From sequence record NC_042056.1: a stretch of 64,000 nucleotides of DNA; one strand, written 5' to 3'. Made by a program: the position numbers and the translations under genes. Each line of letters begins with the position of its first letter. Within the stretch, counting starts at the first letter, position 1. Below the pieces are notes generated by a model. It had not been told where the DNA came from and ran no database searches. It saw nothing but the letters and a program-made list of their open reading frames with translations. Below, piece after piece: positions 63,372 through 64,000 of this stretch.

Positions 63372-64000
63372 ATGGCAGGTCCAGCAAAACAAGTCATGGG
63401 TGAGGTGATTCGCCCACGCTTTAACGTCTACACCATTATGGATCATGCGCTTGGTACGTATGTGAAAGGTGAAGACGGCCTCTACTACCTGAACGGTGGT
63501 TTTGCCCACATCATGGGCTTTGCGGGTCGCGGTAACACCTTTAAGTCGACGCTGATGGATTTCTGCATCTTCCAGATGCTTATCCGTTATCGTGCTGCGT
63601 GGGGGTCGAAGTTCGATACCGAAGTCTCAGCAGCACTCGACCGTCTGGAGCAGGGCTATATCTCTGCACAGAACGCCAACGGTATCCACGATGGGTCTTC
63701 TGTACTGAGCCTCATTGAAGAAGAACGTTATAACCTCGTGGGTTCTGACGTCATGCCGGGCGAAGAGTATTACGCCAACTACATCCGTGATGAAGTGGAA
63801 GGCCGCTTTAAAGCGTACATGGGCGGCAAGGGTGTGCGTGAAACGCCGTTCCCTGATCCGGTACGCAAACGCAATAAGACCATGAACGACCCATGGTATT
63901 ACTCCATCGACTCCCTGTCTGAGTGGCACTCGTCTAAAATTGAAGACAAGCACTCTGAAACCAAAGTCGGTGATTCAGAGCAGAACGCCCTGAACATGCG
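63372..64000 (+). CDS. uvsX: UvsX/RecA-like recombinase, 3'-truncated by the window edge (not in ORF track)
   Basis: GGAG SD; MAGPAKQVMGEVIRPRFNV..NGGF..GFAGRGNTFKST (Walker A)..DTE..IDSLSE; frame open to the window end. Confidence 0.75.
   Translation, partial: MAGPAKQVMGEVIRPRFNVYTIMDHALGTYVKGEDGLYYLNGGFAHIMGFAGRGNTFKSTLMDFCIFQMLIRYRAAWGSKFDTEVSAALDRLEQGYISAQNANGIHDGSSVLSLIEEERYNLVGSDVMPGEEYYANYIRDEVEGRFKAYMGGKGVRETPFPDPVRKRNKTMNDPWYYSIDSLSEWHSSKIEDKHSETKVGDSEQNALNM

Noticed and set aside
1-64000. tRNA, rRNA, CRISPR arrays, integrase, transposase, introns or inteins
   Set aside because: No cloverleaf, regularly spaced direct repeats or relevant catalytic motifs were recognised by eye; a tRNAscan or cmscan run would be needed to exclude short RNAs fully.

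Overview
64 kb of a large lytic dsDNA phage genome, most consistent with a phiKZ/SPN3US-related jumbo phage (Chimalliviridae-like) infecting Enterobacterales. Support for this: dense colinear ORFs, a phiKZ-type UvsX, an SbcC-like ATPase, an extended RNase H, TATATTAC-type promoters, many cUUCGg terminators, and a DUF1471-type gene. Layout: 1-12.3 kb holds a paralog-rich virion module (a three-gene unit triplicated, plus related small proteins). 12.4-13.8 kb holds a DUF1353 protein, a micro-ORF and a GH108 lysozyme. 13.9-19.3 kb is a compact operon of three Cys/Gly/Ser CXXX-repeat peptides, two radical SAM enzymes and three accessory genes, one DUF4376-like. 19.3-32.8 kb holds four paralogous tail-fibre-like proteins, followed by a tail-spike gene near 35 kb. 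36.6-52 kb is an early/accessory region with ART-like genes, exported proteins, SbcC, micro membrane proteins, a GNAT, an EF-Tu-like fragment, a macrodomain and an SLT enzyme. 52-64 kb holds virion genes, a candidate spanin pair, a DEDD exonuclease, RNase H, hypotheticals and a truncated UvsX. The standout is the apparent phage-encoded RiPP-like radical SAM/SPASM peptide-modification system embedded in the tail-fibre block. No tRNA, rRNA, CRISPR array, integrase or transposase was seen. All family calls come from motifs recognised by eye, with no database searches.
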